Below, one piece after another: positions 28,369 to 37,747 of a stretch of DNA of 64,000 nucleotides. This stretch comes from Nereida sp. (GTDB lineage: Bacteria; Pseudomonadota; Alphaproteobacteria; Rhodobacterales; Rhodobacteraceae). Location: contig NZ_CBFHHE010000004.1 in assembly GCF_965655635.1 (NCBI RefSeq), positions 30,158-94,157 of the forward strand, in the 5' to 3' direction. The notes under the pieces are model-generated. The model saw nothing but the letters and a program-made list of their open reading frames with translations, made no database searches and was not told where the DNA came from. The position numbers were made by a program, and so were the translations under genes. Within the stretch, counting starts at the first letter, position 1; every line of letters begins with the position of its first letter.

Positions 28369-28757
28369 TCCCTATGGATAGTCAAACTGTCACATCCAAC
28401 ATCCGCACTGATGAAGCAAAGAGTAAACTGCCTGTGTTTGACATAAATATGTGCCCCGAGGACATGGAGAAAATGGTTGCTAACGCCGAACAGGCATCAA
28501 GCTTCCTAAAGGCGATCAGTCACGAAGGTAGATTGATGATTTTGTGTCATCTGGCATTGGGCGAAAGGTCTGTAACAGAGCTTGAAGAGCTTTTATCTGC
28601 TCGGCAGGCAAGCGTTTCACAACAGCTAACTCGGCTCCGCTTTGAAGGCCTGGTAAAGCCTCGTAGAGATGGCAAGGCTATTTACTATAGCTTGACAGAT
28701 GACCGCCCTCGGCAAATCATAGAAGTAGTATATGATCTGTTTTGCAAAAACAGCTAG
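28365..28757 (+). CDS. soxR: ArsR/BigR-type sulfane-sensing repressor
   Basis: LKAISHEGRLMILCHL, SQQLTRLR and C-terminal LFC (two Cys as in BigR/SqrR/SoxR); start at 28365 or 28374. Confidence 0.88.
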   Translation: MIPMDSQTVTSNIRTDEAKSKLPVFDINMCPEDMEKMVANAEQASSFLKAISHEGRLMILCHLALGERSVTELEELLSARQASVSQQLTRLRFEGLVKPRRDGKAIYYSLTDDRPRQIIEVVYDLFCKNS

Positions 28758-28793
28758 CCAAACTTCTCGCCCAAGTTTGGTCGGGAGGATTAG

Positions 28794-29849
28794 ATGTCTA
28801 TGGAAGTTCTTGGAGAAGCAAACACAATAGCTTTGATAGGCCTACTGGGCGGAATAGCCCTTGGGTTAGCCGCAAGGCTGGGCCGCTTTTGCACTTTAGG
28901 TGCAATTGAGGATTATCTCTATGGAGCTGACCCCAGGCGTATGGGAATGTGGGGTGTCTCTGTTGGAGTAGCAATTATCGGAACACAGGTGTTGTTAGGT
29001 GCCGCTTTTGTCGAAGGCAGCTACGTCGCATATCTATCACGCGCCTGGAACCCGCTCAGCACAGTCATAGGTGGGCTGCTTTTTGGATACGGCATGGCCC
29101 TGACGGGCAACTGCGGCTATGGAGCGCTCGCACGACTAGGTGGTGGTGACCTACGGGCATTTGTCATTGTGCTGGTTATGGGGCTTTCCGCATATTTCGT
29201 CATGTCAGGTCCTCTCGCCCATTTGCGAGTAATGTTGTTTCCCGTGGTACAAAGCTCAGACACAAGCCAAGGGTTGGCCCAGTTGTTGAATGGTTTTGGC
29301 GTAGAACCTTGGGTGGTTGGTATCGTAGCAGGGACGGTTATTGTTCTAGCATCGCTTCGAACTGCACGAGGCAAACCTTTTCAAAGCTACGCGTTATGGG
29401 GAGTGCTCGTGGGCCTTGCCATCACATCCGGCTGGGTGGGCACACATTGGGTGGCGACAGTCGGCTTTGACGGCGAACCTATCCGCACACATACTTTTGC
29501 GGCACCCGTTGGAGATACAATCTTCTATAGCATGACAGCATCCGGAAATACTGTTTCGTTTAGCGTAGGTTCCGTCATGGGCGTCATTATTGGAGCCGCA
29601 TTTGGTTCAATGTTCAAAAAGCAATTCCGCTGGGAGGCGTGCGAAGATCCGCGAGAGCTGAAACGACAGATTTTTGGAGCCGCGCTAATGGGTGTCGGCG
29701 CAATATTGGCGGTAGGGTGTAGCGTGGGTCAGGGTATCGCTGCGTTTTCAGTCTTAGCATACAGTGCACCGGTTACACTTATCGCAATCTTTTGTGGCGC
29801 GGCATTTGGTCTGAGGCAACTAATCACAGGCTTTAAAGTCGCTCTCTAG
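28794..29849 (+). CDS. soxT: Full-length YeeE/YedE sulfur transporter
   Basis: RFCTLG, GNCGYG and GCSVGQG Cys motifs; third gene of the soxSRT arrangement. Confidence 0.85.
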   Translation: MSMEVLGEANTIALIGLLGGIALGLAARLGRFCTLGAIEDYLYGADPRRMGMWGVSVGVAIIGTQVLLGAAFVEGSYVAYLSRAWNPLSTVIGGLLFGYGMALTGNCGYGALARLGGGDLRAFVIVLVMGLSAYFVMSGPLAHLRVMLFPVVQSSDTSQGLAQLLNGFGVEPWVVGIVAGTVIVLASLRTARGKPFQSYALWGVLVGLAITSGWVGTHWVATVGFDGEPIRTHTFAAPVGDTIFYSMTASGNTVSFSVGSVMGVIIGAAFGSMFKKQFRWEACEDPRELKRQIFGAALMGVGAILAVGCSVGQGIAAFSVLAYSAPVTLIAIFCGAAFGLRQLITGFKVAL

Positions 29850-30135
29850 GCGCTTCCATTTTTCTTCACAACTACTTCAAACCTGCGGCTAGCGCCTAAC
29901 ACGCACAACAAAACTATCGCCGCGCAAATTATTGATTGTGGGTGGTTAATTTATGAAACTTTCATAATCAATATTGTATCTGTGGTTCGCCCCCCCGGGC
30001 ACCATTTGACAAGCAGTATTAGTGACCAATATGAGCGCCATACACGCTTAAGCTGTGTATTTAATACTCAAGTATGACCGTTATTTGAAAACCATTACCC
30101 ATGGAGGGATCCATTCATCAGAAGCTTTCGCTGGC

Positions 30136-30894
30136 TTAAACCTTGATAGCTCTATTCAACTTTTTCATCTCTGTCCGGAAATCACGTAATTTTTTCTCAT
30201 CGTTTCCGTATGCATTGATGTCGAGTAGGTAGGGGCTCATTTCAGCAGTCGCTCTGGCCATCTCGCGTAAATCTGTGACTTCGGCCTGTGAGATAACAGC
30301 AGCGTTTATGTTGCGTAGCCCCGCCATCTGACTGGTCGCCTCAGTATATCCGGACATGTAAATGCGGGCGTTATCGTTTTCAATTATCACCCTGATGTCT
30401 GTTTGGTCACTACTTTTAGACACGCCAGCGGTTGCGGTGAACTCCAGCCCATCAACTGGCTGACTAGCTCCAAATTCGGACGACGTGATGACATTGTTTG
30501 AAATCATTAACGGTAGTTCATTGATTACGGCTTGCGGCGCAAGTACGACTATATTGCGGCGTAGCATCCCGATCATGGTTCGCACACTGAGGTGGTCCGG
30601 GTGTGCCCGTGTCAGCACCACAACATCCGGTGAGCCATAGGCAGCGTATTGAATTTGGGAACCAGTAGGGTCGATCAAAATGGTGGTGTTGGCCCAAACA
30701 ATTGTGACGTTTGCACCCGATGTCGTGACAATCTGTAGAAGCCTATCAAGCACAGAAGTCTGCTGCGCTTGATAGATGTGTGAGACGCTTGTGCCGTGTT
30801 CAATGGCTCGTTGTTCTGCTGTGCCCGCAAGTGTCGTGAGCATGAACACAACGAATGCTAGGCCAAGCTTAGAAAGCATATTGAACAACGGCAT
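30136..30894 (-). CDS. Exported MBL-fold protein with degenerate metal site
   Basis: Signal-like N-terminus; ILIDP, LTRAHPDHL (vs THxHxDH) and IYMSGYT (vs GDT). Confidence 0.7.
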   Translation of the reverse strand: MPLFNMLSKLGLAFVVFMLTTLAGTAEQRAIEHGTSVSHIYQAQQTSVLDRLLQIVTTSGANVTIVWANTTILIDPTGSQIQYAAYGSPDVVVLTRAHPDHLSVRTMIGMLRRNIVVLAPQAVINELPLMISNNVITSSEFGASQPVDGLEFTATAGVSKSSDQTDIRVIIENDNARIYMSGYTEATSQMAGLRNINAAVISQAEVTDLREMARATAEMSPYLLDINAYGNDEKKLRDFRTEMKKLNRAIKV

Positions 30895-30907
30895 GACGGT
30901 GTGTCCC

Positions 30908-31822
30908 TTAACCAGCGAGATACGTGCGGAACCACGCTACCATACGTTGCTCGGCAAGCTTGGCAGCAGCCTCATCATAGCGTGGTGTCGTATCATTGTG
31001 AAATCCGTGGTTCACGCCGGGATAAATATGAGCTTCGTAAGGGTTGTCGTTCTCTTCCATCGCAACTTGGAAAGCGGGCCACATCGCGTTGATGCGCTGA
31101 TCCAATGCTGCAAGTTGAACCATGAGCGGCGCATTGATCCGTGCAACCTGTTCTGCATCTGGGAATGAGCCATAAAAAGGCACACCCGCTGCCATTTCGG
31201 GATACGCAGCTGCAAGCCGTGTCACGACGCCGCCTCCGTAACAAAAACCAGTCGCGCCGACTTTGCCGTTAGTACCTTCAAGGTTCTGCAAATATTCAAA
31301 GCCCGCAAAAAAGTCATTCAAAAGCGCGCCCTGATCCAAGGTCCGCTGCATTGTTCGGCCTTCATCATCCGTACCTGGATACCCCCCAAGGGATGACAGT
31401 CCGTCTGGGCCCATTGCGATAAAACCTGCCTTGGCAAGACGACGGACCACGTCACGAATATACGGGTTCAAACCGCGGTTTTCATGAACAACCAAAATAG
31501 CCGCCGGTGGACGCTCTGGGTTATTATTAGCAGGACACACAAGATACGCATTGATGTCGCCGGTTCCATCGGGGCTTGCGTAAGTGATGTCTTCACCCAC
31601 GATATACGGATCGTCTGAGGCAACCTGCTCGGCCAGCGCATAATTTGGGGATAGCGTTCCTAAAATCGCGGCAGCAGTAATGCCGCCAACAGCCCATTTG
31701 CCCGCACGATCCAAAAACTCACGTTTCGAGATTTTGCCGTGGGCATAATAGTCATAGAGATCCAAAAGGTCTTGATCGAAATCATCAGCCGTCAAGCGGC
31801 GCGCGCTTGTTTGAACAGTCAT
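30908..31822 (-). CDS. Dienelactone hydrolase family (YghX-like)
   Basis: LYDYYAHG.IS.REFL, VHENRGLNPYI, nucleophile GFCYGG and NHGFHND motifs. Confidence 0.9.
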   Translation of the reverse strand: MTVQTSARRLTADDFDQDLLDLYDYYAHGKISKREFLDRAGKWAVGGITAAAILGTLSPNYALAEQVASDDPYIVGEDITYASPDGTGDINAYLVCPANNNPERPPAAILVVHENRGLNPYIRDVVRRLAKAGFIAMGPDGLSSLGGYPGTDDEGRTMQRTLDQGALLNDFFAGFEYLQNLEGTNGKVGATGFCYGGGVVTRLAAAYPEMAAGVPFYGSFPDAEQVARINAPLMVQLAALDQRINAMWPAFQVAMEENDNPYEAHIYPGVNHGFHNDTTPRYDEAAAKLAEQRMVAWFRTYLAG

Positions 31823-31937
31823 CTCATTTACTCCAAGGTACCAATTAAGCAGAAGTATCTCGCTATTGGGCGATGACTACCGCAGCAGATCACATGTCTG
31901 TGTGAATTTTTGCGGGTTCGCGGTGCTGTCAAACATG

Positions 31938-31953
31938 TGCGCCTATTGTCGCA
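31938..31953. promoter_or_regulatory. Possible RegA/PrrA-type site upstream of cydAB
   Basis: TGCGCC-TATT-GTCGCA resembles YGCGRC-Nx-GTCGC; RegA is known to control cydAB in Rhodobacter. Confidence 0.4.
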
Positions 31954-32026
31954 TGATCTTCCCCTGTAGGGCAGTGCAGCATACTTTAGCACCAGAAATT
32001 ACCGTATTTTCGTTCTGGAGCTTCTG

Positions 32027-33415
32027 GTGGACACACTTCTTCTTTCTCGTATTCAGTTTGGTGCGAATATCTCGTTTCACATTCTGTTTCCAACAATCAC
32101 CATCGCATTAGGATGGGTATTGTTGTTCTTTAAGGTGCGCTTCACCGCGACCGCAGAGCAAAAGTGGATGGACGGCTATATGTTCTGGGTGAAGGTATTT
32201 GCATTATCTTTCGCCATGGGTGTCGTGTCCGGTATCACGATGTCGTTCCAATTCGGCACAAACTGGCCAGGCTTCATGGAAACCGTTGGCAATGTGGCGG
32301 GCCCTCTACTGGCCTATGAAATCATGACTGCCTTTTTCCTTGAGGCGGTATTTCTTGGAATTATGCTGTTTGGGGCCTCACGGGTGAAACCTTGGGTGCA
32401 CACCTTGGCCACGTTTTTAGTCGCCTTCGGGACAACAATGTCGACGTTCTGGATCATCGTTTTGAATTCATGGATGCACACCCCCCAAGGCTATGAGGTG
32501 ATCGACGGCGTTGTGCACGCAACCAACTGGCTTGAGATCATCTTCAACCCGTCAATGCCTTATCGCTTTATTCACATGATGCTGGCGTCTGGACTGACGG
32601 TTGCCTTTTTGGTGGCGGGTATTTCGGCCCTGCGGATGTTGTGGGGCGACCACGGCGAGGACGTAAAGACTGCGCTTCGCGTTGGTGTCATCGCTGGTGC
32701 TGGACTTATCCCCCTACAAATCCTGGCTGGTGATTTTCACGGACTAAATACTCTCGAATATCAGCCAGCAAAAGTAGCTGCGATGGAAGGCAACTGGGAG
32801 ATGGGCCCGAATGTGCCGTTGGTGCTTTTTGCTCTGCCCGACCAGGAGGCGCGTGAAAACCGCTTTGAGATTGCTGTTCCTAACGGTGCCTCACTCATCT
32901 TGACCCACAAAGCGGACGGTGTCGTGCCAGGTCTGAATGACTTTGTCACTGAGGACGGTGAGGTGTTGCACCCACGCGTGGCGCCTGTGTTTTTCAGCTT
33001 CCGTATCATGGTGGGCACAGGCATGGCGATGCTGTTACTGTCATGGGGTGGTGTTGTGATGCTGCGCAAATACGGCGCCGAGGCGATGCCAAAGACGGCT
33101 CTCTATGCATTCTGTGCCATGAGCTTTAGCGGCTGGATCGCGACATTAGCCGGTTGGTACACTACTGAAATCGGACGGCAGCCATGGCTTGTCCAAGGCG
33201 TGCTCACCACCAAAGACGCCGTAAGCGACGTACCAAGCGCAATGGTTCTAAGTACACTGATTGGGTACCTTGTGGTCTATGCGGTGCTAGTCGTGGCTTA
33301 TATTGGTGTCATCACGTATCTCGCGCGCAAGGCGACCCGTGGCGAGCCATTCTCATCGCGTACTTACCCGCGTCGTGGCGAAGCGGTAGCATCCAACCTG
33401 CAACCAGGAGAATAA
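32027..33415 (+). CDS. cydA: Cytochrome bd quinol oxidase subunit I (short Q-loop, CioA-like)
   Basis: HILFP, FQFGTNW, RFIHM, QPAKVAAMEG, FRIMVG and EIGRQPW motifs. Confidence 0.95.
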   Translation: MDTLLLSRIQFGANISFHILFPTITIALGWVLLFFKVRFTATAEQKWMDGYMFWVKVFALSFAMGVVSGITMSFQFGTNWPGFMETVGNVAGPLLAYEIMTAFFLEAVFLGIMLFGASRVKPWVHTLATFLVAFGTTMSTFWIIVLNSWMHTPQGYEVIDGVVHATNWLEIIFNPSMPYRFIHMMLASGLTVAFLVAGISALRMLWGDHGEDVKTALRVGVIAGAGLIPLQILAGDFHGLNTLEYQPAKVAAMEGNWEMGPNVPLVLFALPDQEARENRFEIAVPNGASLILTHKADGVVPGLNDFVTEDGEVLHPRVAPVFFSFRIMVGTGMAMLLLSWGGVVMLRKYGAEAMPKTALYAFCAMSFSGWIATLAGWYTTEIGRQPWLVQGVLTTKDAVSDVPSAMVLSTLIGYLVVYAVLVVAYIGVITYLARKATRGEPFSSRTYPRRGEAVASNLQPGE

Positions 33416-34428
33416 TGATGGATTATTTCGGTGATCCCGCGGTCTGGCTGCCATGGACTTTTGCGGCCCTGATGGGTCTATCCATTCTGATCTACGTGGT
33501 GTTGGATGGATTTGACCTTGGGGTTGGGTTGCTGATGCCGCTCTCCAATGACGATGAAAAAGACCAACTCGTGGCGTCCATCGGCCCTTTTTGGGATGCC
33601 AATGAAACGTGGCTAGTACTTGCGGTCGGTCTTTTGCTGGTGGCCTTCCCCACGGCCCACGGAACTATTTTGACGGCACTTTATCTACCAGTTTTTGTGA
33701 TGCTTATCGGGCTCATCTTGCGGGGCATTTCATTTGAAATGCGCGCCAAGGCACCCAGTACCCAAAAACCAATGTGGAACGGCGCTTTTTTTGCGGGCTC
33801 GCTTATGGCCTCACTCAGCCAAGGTTTCATGCTAGGCATGTATATCATGGGCCTGACTTGGACCCTGCCCAATGTGATTTTCGCGCTTCTCACGGCAGTT
33901 TTCTTAACTGTTGGCTACAGCTTTATTGGTGCGGCATGGCTTATCTCAAAAACGGATGGGCAATTACAACGACATGCGATCCGGTGGGCAAAGGGGGGCA
34001 TTTGGGGCCTCATCCTTGGGATAGGGTCGATTTCATTGGCCACTCCTTTTGTCAGCACCCGTATTTTCGATAAGTGGTTTAGTTGGCCAGAAGCGCTTTA
34101 TCTTTCGCCAATGCCAATCTTGTCTGCAGCGCTAGTTGTGTTCTTGTGGTGGCAATTAGGGCGGATGCCCCTCACTAATGACAGATGGGCATGGACGCCG
34201 TTTGCCGCAGCAATTGGGTTGTTTACGTTAGCTTTTGCTGGGATGGCGTACTCATTCTACCCCTATGTAGTACCAGAAAAAATCACGATTTACGAGGCCG
34301 CATCAGCACCGGAAAGCCTTTTCATTATTTTGATTGGAACGCTTTTCGTTGTGCCTGCGATCTTGGCGTATACGGTCCTGTCATATTACATTTTCCGCGG
34401 TAAAGCGACGGCGCTTCGATACGACTGA
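33415..34428 (+). CDS. cydB: Cytochrome bd quinol oxidase subunit II
   Basis: LDGFDLGVG, IGPFWDANETWLV and LRGISFE motifs; TAATG overlap with cydA. Confidence 0.95.
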   Translation: MMDYFGDPAVWLPWTFAALMGLSILIYVVLDGFDLGVGLLMPLSNDDEKDQLVASIGPFWDANETWLVLAVGLLLVAFPTAHGTILTALYLPVFVMLIGLILRGISFEMRAKAPSTQKPMWNGAFFAGSLMASLSQGFMLGMYIMGLTWTLPNVIFALLTAVFLTVGYSFIGAAWLISKTDGQLQRHAIRWAKGGIWGLILGIGSISLATPFVSTRIFDKWFSWPEALYLSPMPILSAALVVFLWWQLGRMPLTNDRWAWTPFAAAIGLFTLAFAGMAYSFYPYVVPEKITIYEAASAPESLFIILIGTLFVVPAILAYTVLSYYIFRGKATALRYD

Positions 34429-34538
34429 TGCGTGTAAGCCTTCGCAACAATGAACATAAGCTGTTCGGCGCTTTGCCTTCTCATTGAACCATCTAGCACA
34501 TAGCCTTTGGTCAAACGACGCTTAGATAGGAGCAAACC

Positions 34539-35471
34539 ATGAGTTGGAACCCAAGCATTGAACCACATTGTCCTGATGCAGGGTCGATGGACTCTATTGA
34601 GACATTAATCGTTCCGCGTGCTCGTGATATTGGTGATTTTGAAGTTCGTCGTGCGTTGCCTTCGGTTGAACGCAAGATGGTCGGCCCGTTTGTATTTTTT
34701 GATCAGATGGGCCCCGCAGAATTTTTGACCGATCAAGGCATTGATGTGCGGCCGCACCCGCATATTGGTCTCGCAACAGTGACCTATTTATATCAAGGCG
34801 AATTCCAGCACCGTGACAGCCTTGGCACAAATCAAATGATTTACCCCGGTGAGGTAAATTGGATGATCGCGGGTAACGGAGTAACGCATTCCGAGCGAAC
34901 CAGCGCACAAACAAGAGCAAGTGGTGGCAAATTGTTTGGCATTCAGACTTGGGTTGCATTGCCTGAAGAGCATGAAGAAACAAATGCGGGCTTCGAACAC
35001 CATAAAGAAGCCGAGCTGCCGTTTTTGGAAGGCGAAGGTAAACAGGTCCGCTTGATCTTGGGGTATGCTTGGGGTGAACGCGCACCCACCAAAACATTCT
35101 CTGAGATGTTTTATGGAGACGTGCTGCTTGAACGCGGTGCGATGCTTCCCCTGCCCGATGATCATGAGGACCGTGGGCTTTATGTAACCTCAGGGTCCAT
35201 TGAAGTGGCTGGGGATACTTTTGAAGCTGGTCAAATGATGGTGTTCCGCCCAGGTGACAAGATTACCGTAAAGGCCAGTTCTTCAGGCGCGCGTCTAATG
35301 GCCTTGGGCGGTGAAACCCTCAATGGTCCCCGTCATATTTGGTGGAACTTTGTAGCGTCTTCGCGTGACAAGATTGAAGCCGCCAAGGTTGCTTGGGCGA
35401 CCGGTGATTGGGCGCATGGTCGGTTCCAATTGCCACCTGACGATAATGATGAATTCATCCCCCTGCCCTAG
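34539..35471 (+). CDS. Pirin-family protein
   Basis: GPFVFFDQ, HPHIGL.TVTY, H.DSLG and GVTHSE (iron ligands). Confidence 0.93.
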   Translation: MSWNPSIEPHCPDAGSMDSIETLIVPRARDIGDFEVRRALPSVERKMVGPFVFFDQMGPAEFLTDQGIDVRPHPHIGLATVTYLYQGEFQHRDSLGTNQMIYPGEVNWMIAGNGVTHSERTSAQTRASGGKLFGIQTWVALPEEHEETNAGFEHHKEAELPFLEGEGKQVRLILGYAWGERAPTKTFSEMFYGDVLLERGAMLPLPDDHEDRGLYVTSGSIEVAGDTFEAGQMMVFRPGDKITVKASSSGARLMALGGETLNGPRHIWWNFVASSRDKIEAAKVAWATGDWAHGRFQLPPDDNDEFIPLP

Positions 35472-35696
35472 TTTGCCAATTTAAGTGGAAAAAGCAAAAA
35501 TCGGCTAAGTAAGATCATTTGTCTCAATTGGTTAGGCGTAAAGGTTAAAATAATCTAGGCAACTCACTTTAGCGAAACAATTTTCCACCGTGTGTAATTA
35601 TGCAGAATATTGTCCTTCATGAGGGCTCTTTGGCCCCATTTACCAAAATTAAATTTTCCCTTAATGCCGCTTTGAAACAAATTTAGGGACCGCGTC

Positions 35697-36620
35697 ATGA
35701 GACTTATTCTTACCACACTCGTCGCAATCGTTGGCATTGCTACAGCGCCGCTCGCGGCAACATTTGGACCGCTTGTCGAAGCTAATGATCTTGCCAACGC
35801 TCTAGATGCGAAACAACCTGTTCTTCTTGATATCCGCAACGACGGCTATGCGGACTCCCACGTGGACGGCGCACTTTGGGCACCGTACAAATTGTTCCGT
35901 GGCACCAAAGACAATCCCGGTGGCCTTATGGATTTGGCGGTTTTGGAAGAGCACCTTGAGAAGCTAGGCCTCGAACAAGATGAACCAATTGTCATTATTT
36001 CAGAAGGTAACACTGATACAGATTTTGGTGCAGCAGCGCGTGTCTATTGGACACTTAAATCAACAGGCTTCACTGACCTGAGCATCCTGAACGGTGGTCG
36101 GATTGCATGGAGAAATGCAAACCTGCCCCTAAACAACACGCTTGAAACCGCAGTACCAAGCCAGCTGAACCTTGAGTTTGATACCACTTGGTTGGCGGAT
36201 ACTCAGCACGTGTCTTCGGTGGTGAAAGGTGAGAATTCAGGGCTGTTGGTTGATGCACGGCTGCCCGAGTTCTTTGCCGGCGACAAAGCACACGGTGCTG
36301 CGAAGCGTCCAGGAACGTTGCCCGGTGCTATTAATCAGTCCTACACAACATTTTTCGAAAATGGTGCCGCAGCCATCTCAACCCCGACAGATATCTCCGC
36401 TTTGAAAGCATCACTCGGCATTAAGGGTGACGAAGAGGTAATCTCGTTTTGCAACACTGGGCACTGGGCCGCGACACATTGGTTCGCTCTGTCCGAGCTT
36501 GCGGATGTTGAAAACGCAAAGCTCTACGCTGGATCGATGGTTGAGTATTCCAACGCGGACTTGCCGATGGAAAACACACCAGGCGTCTTTAAGAACCTGC
36601 TTCGTCAAATTGGGTTCTAG
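35697..36620 (+). CDS. Exported tandem-domain rhodanese/sulfurtransferase
   Basis: Signal peptide, LLDIR, AARVYWTL, ILNGG..AW, DAR...F.G, GTLPGA, active loop FCNTGHWA and LYAGSM.EY motifs. Confidence 0.9.
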   Translation: MRLILTTLVAIVGIATAPLAATFGPLVEANDLANALDAKQPVLLDIRNDGYADSHVDGALWAPYKLFRGTKDNPGGLMDLAVLEEHLEKLGLEQDEPIVIISEGNTDTDFGAAARVYWTLKSTGFTDLSILNGGRIAWRNANLPLNNTLETAVPSQLNLEFDTTWLADTQHVSSVVKGENSGLLVDARLPEFFAGDKAHGAAKRPGTLPGAINQSYTTFFENGAAAISTPTDISALKASLGIKGDEEVISFCNTGHWAATHWFALSELADVENAKLYAGSMVEYSNADLPMENTPGVFKNLLRQIGF

Positions 36621-36622
36621 CT

Positions 36623-37747
36623 TTGTCTGATCTTGCGCAACCAATTGCGGGGGGCAACCCCCGCAAATTTTTCACGTCTGCGGCAATGTTATTCTTTGCT
36701 GTATTCATATGCTTGTCTGTGTCTGCAATTGCCGGTCTTCGATATGGTTTAATGATTGCGATCGGCCTTGGATTTGGAGCCACTTTAGAAGGACTGCGCT
36801 TTGGCTTTGCAGGGCCATGGCGGGCGATGATTTTACGACGTGACCCTTCGGGTATCTGGGCTCAGCTCCTTGCAATCGGAATTGTAGCGTTATTTGCGAT
36901 ACCACTCATCAATAGTAACTCTGGTGAAGTTAACGCCGCAGCCGCACCCATTGGATACGCTATGGTTTTGGGCGCCTTTGTTTTTGGTGTCGCAATGCAA
37001 ATTGTGTTGGGATGTGGGTCTGGCACTTTGGTAAACGCTGGATCAGGCAATCTTGTTTCTCTGATAGCCTTGCCCTTCTTTGCCGTTGGCAGTTTTGCAG
37101 GGGCATTTCACCTATCTTGGTGGACGGGTCTTGGCGCGCTTCCAGCACAAAATCTAACTGGTTGGGAAGGTACCTTCACGACTTTGCTCGTTTTGTCATG
37201 CGTTGCTGCGTTTTTGTGGTGGAAGGCAGAGCCACAGCTACGCCGACTTCCCAAGAGATTGATACTAGCAGCAGTGCTAGTTGCTGTATTAGCGCTTCTT
37301 AACTTGGTCGTATCGGGACAACCGTGGGGCGTAGTTTATGGTCTGGGGCTTTGGGTCGCTAAGGGTGCATATTTTTCTGGTGTGGACCTATCCGGATCAG
37401 TTTTTTGGACCGCAGCAGGATCGCTAGAACGCATCCAGGCGAGCGTACTGACAGATTATACGTCACTCACAAATATCGGTTTGATCGCAGGCGCGTTCTT
37501 GGTGGCTTTTTGGCGAAAGGGCTTGTCACAACCACTCCCAAAGGTGCCAATGTCAGCGTGGGTCTACGCAGCAGTCGCAGGGTTTCTAATGGGGTACGCT
37601 GCTAGATTGGCATTTGGGTGTAACGTTGGGGCGTTCTTTTCTGGCATATCCACGGGCAGCCTTCACGGGTGGGTCTGGTTTGCTTTTGCCTTTATGGGAT
37701 CATACTTAGGAATTTATTTGCGCCCACGATTAGGGCTAGAGGTATGA
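36623..37747 (+). CDS. Full-length YeeE/YedE transporter
   Basis: FGFAGPWR, GCGSG.L and FGCNVGAFFSG motifs; starts 2 nt after the rhodanese stop. Confidence 0.9.
   Translation: MSDLAQPIAGGNPRKFFTSAAMLFFAVFICLSVSAIAGLRYGLMIAIGLGFGATLEGLRFGFAGPWRAMILRRDPSGIWAQLLAIGIVALFAIPLINSNSGEVNAAAAPIGYAMVLGAFVFGVAMQIVLGCGSGTLVNAGSGNLVSLIALPFFAVGSFAGAFHLSWWTGLGALPAQNLTGWEGTFTTLLVLSCVAAFLWWKAEPQLRRLPKRLILAAVLVAVLALLNLVVSGQPWGVVYGLGLWVAKGAYFSGVDLSGSVFWTAAGSLERIQASVLTDYTSLTNIGLIAGAFLVAFWRKGLSQPLPKVPMSAWVYAAVAGFLMGYAARLAFGCNVGAFFSGISTGSLHGWVWFAFAFMGSYLGIYLRPRLGLEV

Noticed and set aside
34429-34538. cydX small subunit
   Set aside because: The only ORF (17 aa, MNISCSALCLL…) lacks the MWYF.W pattern; absence is normal for CioAB-type oxidases.
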